From assembly GCA_052327205.1 (NCBI GenBank), contig CM126204.1, positions 327,918,001 through 327,982,000 on the forward strand: 64,000 bases of DNA, written 5' to 3'. The notes beneath the pieces were generated by a model that had not been told where the DNA came from, did no database searches, and saw nothing but the letters and a program-made list of their open reading frames with translations. The DNA is from Somniosus microcephalus (Eukaryota). Both the position numbers and the translations under genes were made by a program. Below are positions 63,430 to 64,000 of this stretch, piece by piece. How positions within the stretch are numbered: the stretch's first letter is position 1; each line of letters starts with the position of its first letter.

Positions 63430-63822
63430 ATGATGTGGAGATGCCGGTGTTGGACTGGGGTGGACAAATGTGAGAAGTCACACAGCACCAGGTTATAGTC
63501 CAACAGCTTTATTTGAAATCACAAGATTTCGGAGCGCTGCTCCTTCGTCAGCTTGTGATTTCAAATAAAGCTGTTGGACTATAACCTGGTGTTGTGCGAC
63601 TTCTCACATTTGTCCACCCCAGTCCAACACCGGCATCTCCACATCATGGCTACTATCGCCACCACAAACTGCCGGCTCAAAGTGGAGAGGATCTCCAAGA
63701 AGATCGCGCATATCGACACAGACAGTTTCTACACTTCACCTGACGAAGGAGCAACGCTCCGAAAGCTTGTGATTTCAAATAAAGCTGTTGGACTATAACC
63801 TGGTGTTGTGTGACTTCTCACA
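63430..63822 (+). mobile_element. Internally deleted Penelope-like element (inverted plus direct pseudo-LTRs)
   Basis: 63430-63525 is the reverse complement of 63552-63647, and a direct repeat lies at 63766-63822. There is a stub ORF MATIATTNCRLKVERISKKIAHIDTD, and the flanks read AATGTATTTATG / AATATATTTATG. Confidence 0.8.
63736..63772 (+). ncRNA. Minimal type-I hammerhead ribozyme motif
   Basis: TCAC-CTGACGA-A-GGAGC-AAC-GCTCC-GAAA-GC-TT-GTGA: both catalytic boxes, stems I and II, and a palindromic AAGCTT stem III. Confidence 0.7.
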
Positions 63823-64000
63823 AATATATTTATGGCCGGCAAAGTTCTTCGGAGTTGCTCCCATTTCGCCAGCGGTACGCGCGTAATTGGGGTTTTCCGG
63901 CGAAGTCACGCCGGCGCAGCGGGAGCAGCTCCGAGGGATTTCCCGGCCATATGTTTATCAATTTATATTTTGTGGCCAACAAGCGATTCCCGACACTGCG

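Overview
Vertebrate genomic DNA, most likely from a shark or other chondrichthyan, judging by the repeat families (Deu-domain and HE1-like SINEs, CR1, Penelope-like and Harbinger remnants). The window holds the 5' part of a Patched gene, best matching ptch2, on the minus strand. Coding exons 1-7 all have GT-AG boundaries and consistent phases, intron 2 is about 42 kb, and there is a perfect GLI site (GACCACCCA) in the promoter. The most unusual object is a very young 4,657-bp Gypsy/Mag-type LTR element in intron 2 (32903-37559), nested inside a Rex1/Babar LINE. It has 256-bp LTRs differing at one position, a GCCCC target-site duplication, a tRNA-Ser PBS and a PPT. It keeps gag and protease, but RT/RNase H/integrase are replaced by an in-frame, intronless mosaic of host-like fragments: an SLK/STK10 coiled coil, an optineurin segment with its LC3-interacting motif, and a DNAJC21-type zinc finger. 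Penelope-derived repeats with minimal hammerhead ribozyme motifs, several MITEs and a T-free purine satellite in intron 1 are also present. All homology calls come from recalled protein and repeat sequences, not from database searches.
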